The notes below the pieces were generated by a model that made no database searches, had not been told where the DNA came from, and saw only the letters and a program-made list of their open reading frames with translations. Shown piece by piece: positions 36,578-49,311 of a stretch of DNA of 64,000 nt. A program made the position numbers and the translations under genes. The DNA is taken from the NCBI GenBank assembly GCA_026023565.1, contig JAPETS010000047.1:1-64000 (forward strand), given 5' to 3'. The stretch's first letter is position 1, and each line of letters opens with the position of its first letter. Source of the stretch: Cirrosporium novae-zelandiae. Lineage: Eukaryota.

Positions 36578-38108
36578 ATGTCATCGATCGACCAGAAATC
36601 TCCTCTCGATGCCACCGCACCTGATTCGTCAAGCAGTCAGCGCATTTCAGAAATCATTGACGATGGCGGCAATCAACATTACGAGAAGAGGCCGTTGAGT
36701 AAGCGAATCCTAGCTCTGGTTTGGGATTCGCTTGACAAATCACCGAAAGAGAGAGCATTTATTGCAAAGATTGATTGGTGGATCCTCAGCTATTGCTGCA
36801 TTGGATATTTCGTCAAATATTTGGACCAGACCAATGTTCGAATTAATTTTCATATTCAAATTAATTAAAAATTTATCTTTGGGGCTAACAATTATCTACT
36901 AGATGACTAATGCCTACGTCTCTGGCATGAAAGAAGATCTCTCCCTGTCAGGAAACGATTACAATTTCCTCACTACCTATTGGAACATAGGCTACATTCT
37001 CGGTCAAGTTCCTTCGCAAATTATCCTCACCAAGATCCGTCCCTCAATCTGGCTCCCCACCATGGAGCTTCTTTGGGGTTTCCTCGTCATGGCCATGGCA
37101 GGCGCAAAGAACGTGCAGACTATCTTTGTGCTCCGCTTCTTCATTGGCCTGCTTGAAGCTTCAGCCTATCCTGGTATCATGACCTTGCTGGGGAATTGGT
37201 ACACCCCGGAGGAGTTGGGAAAGCGATCTTCTATTTTCCAGGCATCTTCCAGTGCGGCACAGATGTTCTCCGGATATCTGCAAGCAGGCCTTTATAGCGG
37301 GATGGATGGCAAATCTGGTCTCGCAGCATGGCGCTGGCTCTTTATCTTTGACGGCATTATCGGCGTCCCCATTGCCGTGTACGGTTATTGGGCTATCCCC
37401 GATTCTCCCACAACATCAAGAAGTCATTGGCTCAAGCCCGAAGAGAAGGAGATGGCTATTGAGCGTATGGATCGTGTTGGCCGAGCCCCCGCAGGAAAAC
37501 TTACTTTCCGTACTTTCCTGAACGTTTTCTCAAGATGGCCGGTCTATCTGTTTTCAGTGGCTTTCATTAGCCATGTTCTTGGAATTCGCATTTATTCATA
37601 TTTCAACCTTTGGCTCAAATCTACCCACCGCTATAGCACGGAGGAAGTCAACGTAATCCCTACCGCCGGCTACGGCCTTCAAATTGTCTTTACCATGATG
37701 TATGCCTGGACATCTGATGCAATCCGAAAACGCTGGCCTGTCATAGCTGTGGCTTGCTCAGTTGCTCTTATCGGCTGCATCATTCTTTCTGTATGGCCTT
37801 CTCAGAACACGGATGCCATGATGGCTGGATGGCTCCTTACGTTTGCGGAGACCGGGGCGGGAGCACTATGGATGACATGGATTAACGAGACGTGCTCATA
37901 TTCGGCAGAGCATAGAATCATAACCATTGCCGTGGTTGAGATGATGGCATATGTATTCAACGCATGGGTGCCTTTGTTGGCGTATGACACAAGCCAGGCG
38001 CCCCACTTTACAGTTGGATATCAACTGGCAGCCATGTTCTTTGCAATAGGGATTGTGCTGAGTGTTATAATCAAGTTTGTCGAGAAGAGGTGGAAACAGA
38101 CAGCCTGA
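36578..38108 (+). CDS. MFS transporter, ACS family (Liz1/Seo1-like), divergently transcribed from the M19 gene
   Basis: Two exons. Motifs KIDWWILSYCCIGYFVKYLDQTN, NAYVSGMKEDL, GQVPSQ and GLAAWRWLFIFDG. Confidence 0.9.
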
Positions 38109-39066
38109 AGGCTATGTGGCTGAACATATTTCGAATGCTTTCTAGGGAAATGTGAATAGAATCAAATTAATTAATAGAGATGTGTGATGGCTTGTGAATG
38201 ATAAGATTCAAGTTTAGATTTGGAAAATTGTACTTCCGATGCCTAGTGGTCTTGGCAGAACATGTGATCCGAAGCCCCCAATAATTATTTAGAAGATCAA
38301 TTCTTCTTCCATTTCAATATTTCTTGGCTATTGACATATTATACAAATATTATTTATATATGAATCACATTTCTTAAAGTTTCTGGATCCCAGATATCTG
38401 GAGTTGTTGAAATCGTGGGGTAAATAGAGAGAGTGGAGCTCACACAATCCTTGATGCTTGCTCCATATTTCATATTTGGGCTTATCAGTGTGAATCTAAT
38501 GATAATTGGTTCTTTTGGAGATGATCCTTAGGCATCGTGCGTGGCCGTTACACCTTCAGATGTCACCCTATGTGGGATGAACATCCTACATATTCTCATT
38601 GGAGTCGTATCGTGCTTTTCCATTAAATCACCGTCTCCTCTCAGACCCAATGAACAGGGATATTTCAAGCGCGGGCAGCGTACCCCTCCTCTAACTTAGG
38701 CCGATCATACTGAACAATCAAGGAGATATGACCCCGACAGTGCTAGATAATCGTTATCGTCCACAGATGCGACATTCTGGAGGTATTGATGCTTAGTCCA
38801 GGACGTCTTTTATCTCTATACAGGTATCGATACCTATTAACCGTGCTAGCTAGCTACTGGCCTCTACTACACAACGTCTCATGATATCTATTCCAGTGGT
38901 GTTTCATTTCTTATCAACGATATCCATCGCGCTTTATTGATATCTTCTTAAAGACTCTATCACCCATTTCCCACCTTGGCACTCGCGATTGGTTTTTATA
39001 TTGTACTGGCTTTGGCGCTCAGATTACTCTTGGAATTTTCATCCCAATCTTGGGATTATATTTACC

Positions 39067-41025
39067 ATGGCAGAAGAGACTGATAGACAGAATTCAATTG
39101 GCGAGAATCATAATGTGGAAGTGAAGCAAGGATTGGAGAAAAGTCCACTGGAGGTGAAGAATATCCAGAGTGTCGCTTTGGCAGATGCCACGGCAAAGCA
39201 GAAACCTTCTCTATTTACACGGCGCATGTTCAAAGTAAGTAGCAGCTCTTTTTGTCAAGGAATTTCTAACGGGCTATAGTTATACTTTTGCCTGCTTATC
39301 GCAACCCTCAATGCAGCAGTCAATGGCTATGATGGATCTCTCATGAGCTCCATCAATAGTTATAAGCAGTACCGCTCGTACTTTGGCTTCAGTTTAACCG
39401 AAGGTACTCCGTCAACAGGTCTGTAATATCATTCTAGGTTTGTGTTTGATGCATATTTAAGTAATCTGATTTAGGTATCGTCTATGCAATATTCACCATT
39501 GGGAATCTTGTTGGGGCATTCATTGCTGGCCCCGCAAGCGATTTCAAAGGTACGCTTATATTCCTGCATGTCTTTTCATAATCTCTAACACAGAGGAGGT
39601 CGCCGAGTTGGCATGTTTATCGGTGCTGCTACGATCATAATCGGCGCCTGTGTGCAAGCATCCTCCCACAACCTTGGCGGGTTCATGGCTGGTCGTTTTA
39701 TTGTGGGAGTCGGGGCTGCTCTAGGCCCATCTGCCGCTCTCCCATATGTGTCTGAAATGGCTCACCCCTCGTTTAGAGGCGCAATGACTGGAGTTTACAC
39801 GACATTTTATTTTGTTGGTTCAATACCCGGAACATTTGTTCCGTATGGAACGTCATTCATCAATGGGACACGGTCTTGGAGAATTCCGCTCTGGCTGCAA
39901 ATGGTATTCTCGGGAGTTGTACTAGTCTTTTGTCTTTTTTTGCCTGAAGTAAGAAACTGGATTTTCATATTCACTAATTTGCAAATCCTAACAAGTTGGA
40001 TAGAGTCCCCGTTGGCTTATGGCCAACGACCGCCACGAGGAGGCCCTCAAAGTCATGGCCAAATACCATGGAGAAGGTAGTGCCGATTCACCCATCGTTC
40101 AACTTGAATACCGAGAAATGCAAGAAGAAATATCCATGACGGGTTCCGACAAACGTTGGTACGACTACAGCGAGTTGTTCAAGTCTAGACAAGCACGCTA
40201 TCGAACTATGCTAGTCCTAGCAATCAGCGTATTTGGCCAAGTAAGAAGCCTCTTCATATCATTCCCCATATAATCATTATTACCGTCATCGCCCCCTTAA
40301 ACACTACAACACACTAACCCCACCTCAACTAGTGGTCCGGCAACGGCCCCGTCTCATACTATTACACCCAAATGCTCTCCGGCGCCGGAATAACCGATAA
40401 CCACATCCAACTCCTCCTCCAGGGTATCCAATCGGTAATCTCTTTCATTGGCGCGCTGATAGGCGCCGCCTATACCGATAAATGGGGTCGTCGCCCCCAA
40501 CTTCTCATCGCAACTAGCATCATCGTAGTCCTATTCGCCGTCGTCACAGCCCTAAACGCTACGAACCTCACCACCGCATCCGACGGCACTATAGCCGCAA
40601 AGAGCTCCACCCAGGCAAACGCCGAAATTGCAATGATCTTTATTTTTAGCTTTGTGTTTGCTGCTGCGTGGACGCCGCTGCAGGGGCTTTATGCCGTAGA
40701 GGTCTTGCCCTACGAATCTCGATCGAAGGGTATGGCATTCTATACATTCTGGGGCAACATCGCTAGCTTCTACAACACGTTCGTGACTGGAATAGCGTTC
40801 TCCGGTGCCGGGTGGAAATACTACTTCCTATTCATCTTCTGGGATATTTTCGAGGTCATATTCATTTATTTCTTCTTTGTGGAAACTAGGAATAGGACGC
40901 TCGAGGAAATGTCGGAGATCTTTACAGCGAAGAATCCGGTCAAATATTCGTTGCAGAAGTCGGAGGTTTTGATTCACCACGAGCATGGAGTTGTGGAGGT
41001 TATTGAGAAGGAGAGTCAGGCTTAA
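39067..41025 (+). CDS. Sugar porter family MFS (lactose permease/cellodextrin transporter-like)
   Basis: Multi-exon. Motifs NGYDGSLM, D.KGRR, YVSEMAHPSFRG, PESP, QWSGNGPVSYY, DKWGRR and VETRNRTLEE. Confidence 0.88.
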
Positions 41026-41251
41026 TATTTGGTAAGGTATAGATAGGTACTGCCAGTATTGATATACGCACATGAGAGGTTGTGGCATACTACATACCTA
41101 ATCTTGTTATCCAAAGGCCCCTCGTGAGGCCAAAAGATTTATCTTTAATCTCCACAAATTATTATAAGATAAGATCTAATTAGATTTATCGCCTCTTTAT
41201 CTTCTGCGCCCTCCCTCTCCCCGCACTTTTTAACAAAAATTAATATAAAAA

Positions 41252-41370
41252 ACATACAACAGCCGGTATTCGCTGGTCGTCACCGACCCAACTACTAACC
41301 GGCCGGTCTCAAGTTTATGTATGGCAGAGCGGACGGGATGCCCAGTTCTCTTGAGCCTGTGGTCGTATGT
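41252..41370 (-). rRNA. Dispersed 5S rRNA gene
   Basis: The minus strand reads ACATACGACCA...CCCGTCCGCTCTGCC...GTTAGTAGTTGGGTCGGTGACGACCAGCGAATACC...GTTGTATGT (119 nt, paired ends), followed by a T-run Pol III terminator. Confidence 0.95.
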
Positions 41371-43351
41371 GCTTTCCTAGAGCATTGTTGAAGTATTTGT
41401 GTATGTGTGTGTAGGGGGGGGGAGGAGGGGTTGATATGAATAGGGATGTAGATTATAGGGGCACGCGGGTCTCAAAATAAACCGGACTCACAAATTCCTT
41501 TTTTTTTTTAATTATTATTTTCCCTGGGGAGGAGGCCTTTACACAAAAACAACTTTTATGTATTCTGGGGCTTTGGGGAGACCTTCAGATTGAATTGTTA
41601 TTGAAATTAAAAATTGATTCTGTTTGAAGGCATCCCCAGGGTCGTTTTTCGGTTTTTTTTTTAGATCGGCCGAGGGCAGTTCGCATGTTTAAAGGTGTAT
41701 TATATACCTAGGAGCCTTTCGATAAAAATAAAAATGAAAGCAACTAAATCTAGAACAGTGACCTTGGGAAGACCTTCAAACAAAATCGATTTTCAATTTT
41801 CGATTTGAAAGCAGTTGCGGGTAGTCTATGTGAATACTGAATTTGATTGAAGGCCTTTCCAAGGTCACTTTTCGGGGTCCGGTCGTTTTCATTTTTATTT
41901 TTATCAAAAGGTAGGTACCTAGCTATATAATGCACCATCAAACATGCGAACCACCCTTGGGCGTAGTGTTGGGGTAGGCTGGCTTGGGGAAAGGAATTCA
42001 TCAGTCCTCTTAGATGTTTATTGTGGTAGAGCGGGTCTGCATGCTCATGGAGTGTACGAACTTTCAGGATTTAGATATAAGGAAGAAGCCAAATAGTAGA
42101 TTAAAGCTTCTATTCATGATGTTCGTATAATGCACGTACGGAATATAAATAATTCGTGGACAAAAGTTTTCAATTGGTCAATAGGTGAATAGCCAATCTC
42201 GAATAATAAAAGATGATGATCCATAACTCACTCGCTCGCTCGTATTTATATCCAAGCAAAAGCAAATCTCACTTTTTAGGGTGAGACTGTATATGGCAAA
42301 GTAGGGTTGCCGACCTACTCTGCCATAATATAGAAATGTGGCAGCCCGGATAGCCCTAATCAGCTGAAGATTGAGATGCAAAACTGCAAGAAACGTCTCG
42401 AAGACCACCCTAAACTGGGACCAAACCGTGTGAACCATTCTCTTTATTGGACTGTGGATATGCTAAATAATTCCTTTTGCATTAGATGTTCTTTTCTAAA
42501 TTTCCCAAGTGGGCAAGGATAGGTCCGTTAAGACGTTTCTGCAATCACTGGAGCAGGATACGGACCTGAAGCGGATTGTTCATTGCACGTCTTGTAAGTT
42601 TAAACACACGGACAATGGCAAGCTGTGATTTCTCATGCATAACATTGGACCTGAACATCAATATTGACGATAAAGCGGATGAGTTGATCGAAAAGTAACG
42701 AACTTCATCTTCGATTTTAACAACTTGCAGCAGTCTAGTCTTGCTTACAAGTTTAAGTTGTCAGCCCTGCTAAAAATTTGGATTTGTTTTTCTATTTCTA
42801 TTGGATTTTCTAGGGTGAAGAAGATAATGTGGGACATGTCTGTCTTGTTTTCTAGGCAATGCAGGAAAGCAGGTTGTTGTCACCATTAATAAATCAAATA
42901 TAACCGAGCTGCTGCTTACTAGTGGCCTTATGGAGGGCCTCTGAGCCTAATTCTTCCTGCTGCACAAGTTCCTAACAACTACTGGTCTTTTTAAGTGTTG
43001 ACTTGATACCCAAAGTTTTGCTGGTGCTTCCTTGGGTTTTCATTCGTTCACCAATATATACTCGCACAAGGTTCCGCTTCCCTCCATGGGTATATAATAT
43101 TCATTATTGCATGGCTGTTCACACCAAGTTAGCCTAGTCTGCGAAAATTTCATATGCGATGGGGTGTCTTGGTTGTCCAAGGCCGATTTGTATTTGCAGG
43201 TAAAAGTATGACAAGAACTATGTCAAGTATGCAGCTTCCAGCCTTGATTTCTACTGACTCTGGCTCCGAAATATAAGTAGAGCATGTCTTTCTTCCCCTT
43301 CATTCTCTGCTCTAGTGTAATTAAGTTTATTTTCTAATGTAATATCCTTTA

Positions 43352-46300
43352 GGGCATCTCATGATGGCTCTTCCGCTGGGGCTTACAAAGAAACCAGCAA
43401 TAACAATCAGTATCAGTGTGGCATTATTAAGGGTCCTGGCGGCAAACAAGACCATTATGTTATCATTTGCCGTCTACCAGCCGGACGTACAGGTGTAAGC
43501 CCTGCTGCTACCGTGGCTAGAGATATGCAGAGATCCTTTCCCGAGCTGAGGTTCGGCTTATTAGTGGGTATCGGAGGAGGTGTTCCTGGGAAAGGTGCCC
43601 GGCTCGGCGATGTCGTGGTTAGTCAACCAACTGACACGCATGGTGGAGCCATACAGCACGATTATGGAAAAAATATACAAAGCAAAGAATTCAAACGCAT
43701 GGGCTAATTGAATGCTCCCTCAGAAAGGTTGTTGACTGCTATTGGAGCGATGGCCGCTAAAGACGAGGATCCTGACGAGCCTGATAAGATTGCAGAGAAT
43801 ATGGAAGCGCTATCCCGCATGAAAGCTTACTACGCTCGTCCAACAAATGATATTCTTTATCGCTCTGATTGCCTCCATGTCGACGGGCCTGGATGTGATA
43901 ACTGTGAAATCTCTGAACAGGAGAATCGCGATGAACGCGAGATGACACATAGTGTTAAAGCTCACTATGGAAATATCGCATCGGGAAATTCAGTTATAAA
44001 GGATGCAGTTTTGCGAGACAAATATGCCGCAGACTCAAACATCCTATGCTTTGAGATGGAAGCTACAGGATTGATGAACACCTTCCCTTGCCTTGTTATA
44101 CGAGGGATTTGTGATTATTGTGACAGTCACAAAAATGACGCCTGGCATAAGTATGCAGCCCTCACAGCATCAGCCTATGCCAAAGAACTTCTCCATATCA
44201 TTCAGCCTGGGCAAGTTCATGGTATGGAGCTAGCTGCTCGACTGACTGAGAGTAAGTAAATATTTTTTATTATAGAAGATTTGATATAAATGTAGTTTTT
44301 TTGCCAGTCTATTATTCATAGGTATAATGGAATTTGATTTCTGTTGAAACAGGATGCTTAGTGTAGATCTTTGGCATTTTTTTATCATACATTCTTTACT
44401 TTTCCTACTAACTTCTTACTAGGTATCAATGAAATAAAAGGGAATATCAAGAGAATGGAACAGGAGAAGAAAAAAGAAGATATTTATCGGTGGCTCTCAC
44501 CACCAGATCCAGAATCAAACTACCCCAAGGCACTTAAAACCCGAAAATCAGGAACAGGCACTTGGTTTATCCAAAGCCAAGAGTTTGAGGATTGGAAATT
44601 GAAAAAAAGTCCATTTCTCTGGCTACACGGTATTCCTGGTTGTGGAAAAACTGTTCTAAGCTCCACTGTCATCGAAGAAATTGTAAAGCTAAGCAAACCT
44701 GATTCTGGATAGGTGCTACTATATTTCTATTTCGACTTCAGCGACACTGATAAGCAAAAATGGGATAAAATGATCCTGTCTTTCGTTGCTCAACTTTTTC
44801 TCAAATGCAGCGATCTTAGCAGGTATCAAATATTCGAACAGCTTTATTCTTTTCATAATGCTGGTAAACGAATCCCCGATACTGTCAAGCTTTTTGAGGT
44901 TCTAGAACAGATACTCAGGACATTCTAGCGGACTATGATCGTTATTGATGCCCTGGATGAATGTGACAACAGAGGAGAGCTGTTAAAAACTATCAAAAAA
45001 ATGAGCGGCTGGGGTGTCCAAAGATTTGATGCTATATTCACAAGTAGTCCCGAAATAGAAATTCAGAACGTCCTTGATCCCTTGATCAGCAATCAAGCGA
45101 AGATAGACTTGACTTCCGAACGAGTTTATGCAGACATTGAGGCCTATATCCTAGAAAGCATTAAGAAAGACGATAGACTAAACAGATGGAGAGGGAACGA
45201 TGAGCTTCAGCAGAAGATCAGGGAGACCCTAACGACAAAAGCTAGCGGAATGTAAGTTCGATTCCTCCGGCTCATTCATATAAACCACTAACATTCTTAT
45301 TAAGGTTTCGTTGGGTTGCATGCTAACTTGATTCCCTGGCTGACTGCTTCAATCGTTCAATGCTTCTGAAAGCGCTAGAGTCTCTACCAGCGACACTAAA
45401 CGACACATATACCAGGATCTTGGAAAATATTAATCCACTGTATAGGGACCACGCCCTGAAGTTACTCCAATTGGTAACTTATTCTTTTCACCCATTGAGG
45501 ATCGAGGAACTGGTGGACGCTCTTGCTGTCGATGTCCGGGGAGTTCCTCGCTTTGACTCTCGAAACCGTTTCAAAATTCCAGAAGAGATTCTATTACCAT
45601 GCTCTAGCCTAGTCACCATAAAACTAGGGGGTGTATATAGAGGAGGGAGAACAGAAAAGGAAAAAACAGTCCACTTAGCACATTTCTCCGTAAAAGAATA
45701 TCTTGTGTCTAACATAATTGATACAAGGGTGGCCGAAACATATAATATACAAGAAATCCCAAGTCATATTACTATTGCTGAGACATGTCTCGCGTACATT
45801 CTACTATTCGACCAGCCGGGCTCATCGATTAGTGAAATCAAGGATAAATTTCCATTGGCAGAATACTCAGCTGAGCGCTGGGCTGATGAGGAAAGCTCTG
45901 AGTTGATAAAATCGCTAATGGATGAGCTATTTCGAAACAAAACGTATGCTTTTAATGTCTGTGTAGACCTTTCAGTGCGTTTCTGGAGTTTCGAAACCAA
46001 GCGTGGCAATAGAGAATTTCTTCTATATTACTCGTGTTCCAGAGGACTATTTCAAGCTACAGAACGCTTATTAAATAATGGCGCCGACATCAATTTCCAC
46101 ACTTGGGACTATGGATCAGCATTACAAATTGCTGTGAAAAAGAAAAATCAAGAAATAGTACAACTGCTTCTTGACAGAGGTGCAGACTCTAGTATTGAAA
46201 AAGAATATAGACCAGTATTACACATTGCTATAACAAACAAAGATCAAGAAATAGTAAAACTGCTTCTTGATCGGGGTGCAGATCCTAATTTTGGAAGAAC

Positions 46301-46406
46301 CGATGGGACTGCGTTAAGAGCTGTTGTAGAATACGGGAATCAGGAAATTTATAAAATTGTACAGCTGCTTCTTGATAAAGGTGCAGATAGGAAGAAGCGA
46401 CACTGA
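43352..46406 (+). pseudogene. NLR-like PNP_UDP-NACHT-ankyrin gene, disrupted
   Basis: PNP motifs LLVGIGGGVP, CFEMEATG and VIRGICDYCDSHKN. Walker A GIPGCGKT and Walker B IVIDALDEC. Ankyrins ALQIAV...IVQLLLDRGAD. In-frame stops at 43705, 44710, 44926 and 45324. The PNP N-terminal segment was not found, so the start is approximate. Confidence 0.88.
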
Positions 46407-46599
46407 TTTCATTCTCCTTTTGTATTCTTTGAAAGTATCTTTCTTATCACGAATAAGTCGTAACCCCAAGGGGAGGAGAGCCACTGCTTTATAATGCATC
46501 CTTTGGTGTCTCGGTTTTAGTTGCAGTTAGTTCTCGGTTATGAATATTCAGAATGATATCTTTCTTACTACTACAAAGGGGTAGAACAATATTATATAT

Positions 46600-46784
46600 T
46601 GTGAAAGAGTTGCCAATTTTTGGCTGCCTGGGGTATCTATCTAGTAGGGGGGGCTAACCTACTTTGGGAAGGGTACTTGGGTAAGCGAGTCAAGAAACGG
46701 TGTTCCGGAACCTCGGCCTAATTAGTTATTCCCCTCCATTAGGAATAGCGCGTATTTTACTAGTATCTCTAGTCAGATATCACA
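46600..46784. mobile_element. Truncated, diverged copy of solo LTR family A
   Basis: TGTGAAAGAGTT...TTTTTGGC.GCCT.GGG...GGTAAGCGAG..CAAG..ACGG...TCCG.AACC.CGG is colinear with 4533-4650. The right end is approximate. Confidence 0.6.
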
Positions 46785-47137
46785 TCGTAGCAGAATCTAG
46801 GTTGGCGAGTTTGTTACAATGCCTAGGATAGGTGTTCTATAAGACGTAAATCTAGTATAATTGGTGTTGAAATGTTGAATGAAGACTACTGTGGAATCTA
46901 GTGTGACGCAGCTATCTCTACAATGTGGGTCATGTGACATAGTCGCCTGCATCAATGTCTGAGGTACATATGTCGCTCGGCACCCTTGCCACCTTTTTCC
47001 TTCTACGATCTTTTACTACAATCTTCTCTGAATATCGAACCTTTTCTGAATATCAGCCCTTCTCATACTTAGTACTGTCTTATATGACTAAGCTGAAGTG
47101 TTTACTCTCAAGTTCAAGCCCCAGTTCACCTTCGAGG

Positions 47138-48063
47138 ATGAGTTCAGACATAACAAATTCCCCAACCTCAGAGAGTTCAGTCCAATCCAGTGAGTCTGTA
47201 CAGGATTCCGAAGTGGACAACTCTGCTGTGATGTTTGGATTACCGGGTGAGAAACTTGCAAGTTGCGACGGCCATGGGACTCTAGATATCTTGAAAATCA
47301 CCAGAATTCTAGAAGAAGCTGGTATTCCATGCTGTCTGGTGGGAACTTCTGCGCTGAGATACTTTGGTGTAAACAGGCTCAGGGTAAGTTTCATCAATAT
47401 CCTATTTTAACACGATGGCTTTTCACTAAGCCTGATTTCACAAAACAGGAGTGGTATATTTGTATCCCAACTGCCCAGCTTGACATTGCTTCTTCACTTC
47501 TAAAGTCCGACCCCTACGCCAATGACTATACGCCATTCGAACCTCTACGTGTTCTCAGGCTCTACTCTTTACTACACACCTATCCCCGTTTTAAGTGCAA
47601 TGACATTAGCCTCTGGTTCCAACTAATCCCGTCACAAGATTGCCATATCGATTGCAAGCCTTCAAATTTCGAGAGAAGCCGAATGGGTCTTCCGTATCCA
47701 AAACTTGATATATATGCGCAGAGCTTGTTGGACACATATGATTTAGTGTCTCTACATGACTTGGTCGATGGCATGAACCTTTCTGAAGAATGGGGAAATG
47801 AGCACCTTGACCTCAGTGGCACTAATGATACTACCTGGGCTGCGCAGAAGAACGAGTTGATCAGAGCAGCAGTGCCTTCAGGAGATTACTCGTGTCTTTA
47901 TGAACTCAGCACAACAGCATTCAGTCGAAAAGAGACTTGGGAGGTAGCCGTGAGAGGAAAAGAGCATCGACTTGGTATCAAATATCCGAAAAAACTTTTT
48001 CTAACCCGATTTCGTTTGCATAATGATTCAGATCCAAGGTTATCAGACAGGATTTTTGTGTAA
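47138..48063 (+). CDS. Hypothetical protein with probable nucleotidyltransferase-like fold
   Basis: Two exons (intron 47384-47448). The pattern ILEEAGIPCCLVGTSALRYFG..R.REWYICIPT follows the NTase helix-G-x-x-A...acidic-strand layout, but has only one acidic residue at the DxD position. Confidence 0.55.
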
Positions 48064-48507
48064 AGAGGATTGACACAAAGACTCCACAGTCTCGGCTGCC
48101 TGAGAAATCAGTGTCCATAGTGACGAGTGGAATTCTAATATTCTTTTTCCTATACCCAAGTGACCTGCCTATGGCTACAGATACCATTTTTTAGCTAGCC
48201 TAATCAAGCTATTTGCACTTTTCGATCACGCTCTACTTTACATTACATGAAACTTTGCGAAACAGTGGATAACTATATTATGGCGATATGACAAAAATAT
48301 AGCAGGCATATAATGAGAGACAATCACTGGTAGATATAATCTCTGGTTTTTGATGAATTGTTCTTAATTTCACCGATATTTCTTTCACGGGATAGCAAGT
48401 ATAATGCGTATGGTAACATACTGGATATTTTAACAATTTGCGAATCCTAGTGATATTCTCTTCTATGTAGGAGGATCCCTAGGTTCTAGGAAACTATGAT
48501 TAAATGC

Positions 48508-49311
48508 TCACGCAATTCCAAGAATGTGTTTCATAAGTCTGATCTTCTTCTGTTCATTCGAACCTTGATATTGGTGAATATAAGCCTGGAGGAATGTTAG
48601 ACGATATTCATAATCCAACTGCATTCGAATTTGGTACACGTCGACGGGGTAATGTGCCGTAAGCCAGGTGATATCCTCATAGTCGTTAACGCTTTGTCTA
48701 TCATAGAACGCATTCAACTTGCTCCTCATCATATATAAAATTGTGAGCACTGGGTACTGCTTGATCCCCAACACAGTGTTGGTGGAGATGATTTCGGAGT
48801 CCGTCTGAAAATTTTCGGGGAAACCAAGCGCACCTTTTGATTATATGGTTAGCAAAGTATCACTATCGCTCTGACTAGGCTGTCCCACTTACCACTCAGG
48901 ATCAGGTCTATCTCCACAGTCTTCTCTGGAATGTCAAAGCCATCCCATGGTCCGCCAGTTTTAACGAATATTCTAAGCACGCCCGAGGTGGGACCTGCAG
49001 GAAGTACTACTCTTGCATCGTTATCAGTTTATATCTATGTCCAAAAGTCTCGAGGATGTTTACCTCTGCTGCTGAATGAAAGTCTGTCGCAACTCGAGCA
49101 TTGTAGTTCCGACTGCGATATCAACATCATGGGTCGTACGCCCGCTACCTCGAAGATTGACGGCAAATCCACCCATAAACGCAAATACGACCCCATTTGT
49201 TTGAAGTATTTGAGCCAAATAGTCAGCAGCAGAGATAAGGTTCCTATTATCTGCATTTTGCGATGCAACCATGAGGCTAGGAAAGTGGTCTGCTGTATAT
49301 GTCTGAGCCAT
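48508..49311 (-). CDS. Nucleotidyltransferase, AbiEii/DUF1814 (MenT)-like signature
   Basis: Three exons splice into an intact ORF of ~230 aa: FMGGFAVNLRGSGRTTHDVDIAV ... VEIDLI ... SKLNAFYDRQSVNDYEDI. Confidence 0.75.

Noticed and set aside
41099..41370. 5S gene as the head of a 5S-derived SINE, with a hairpin near 41115
   Set aside because: The 5S gene is full length with an intact T-run terminator, and no TSD or second copy is visible.
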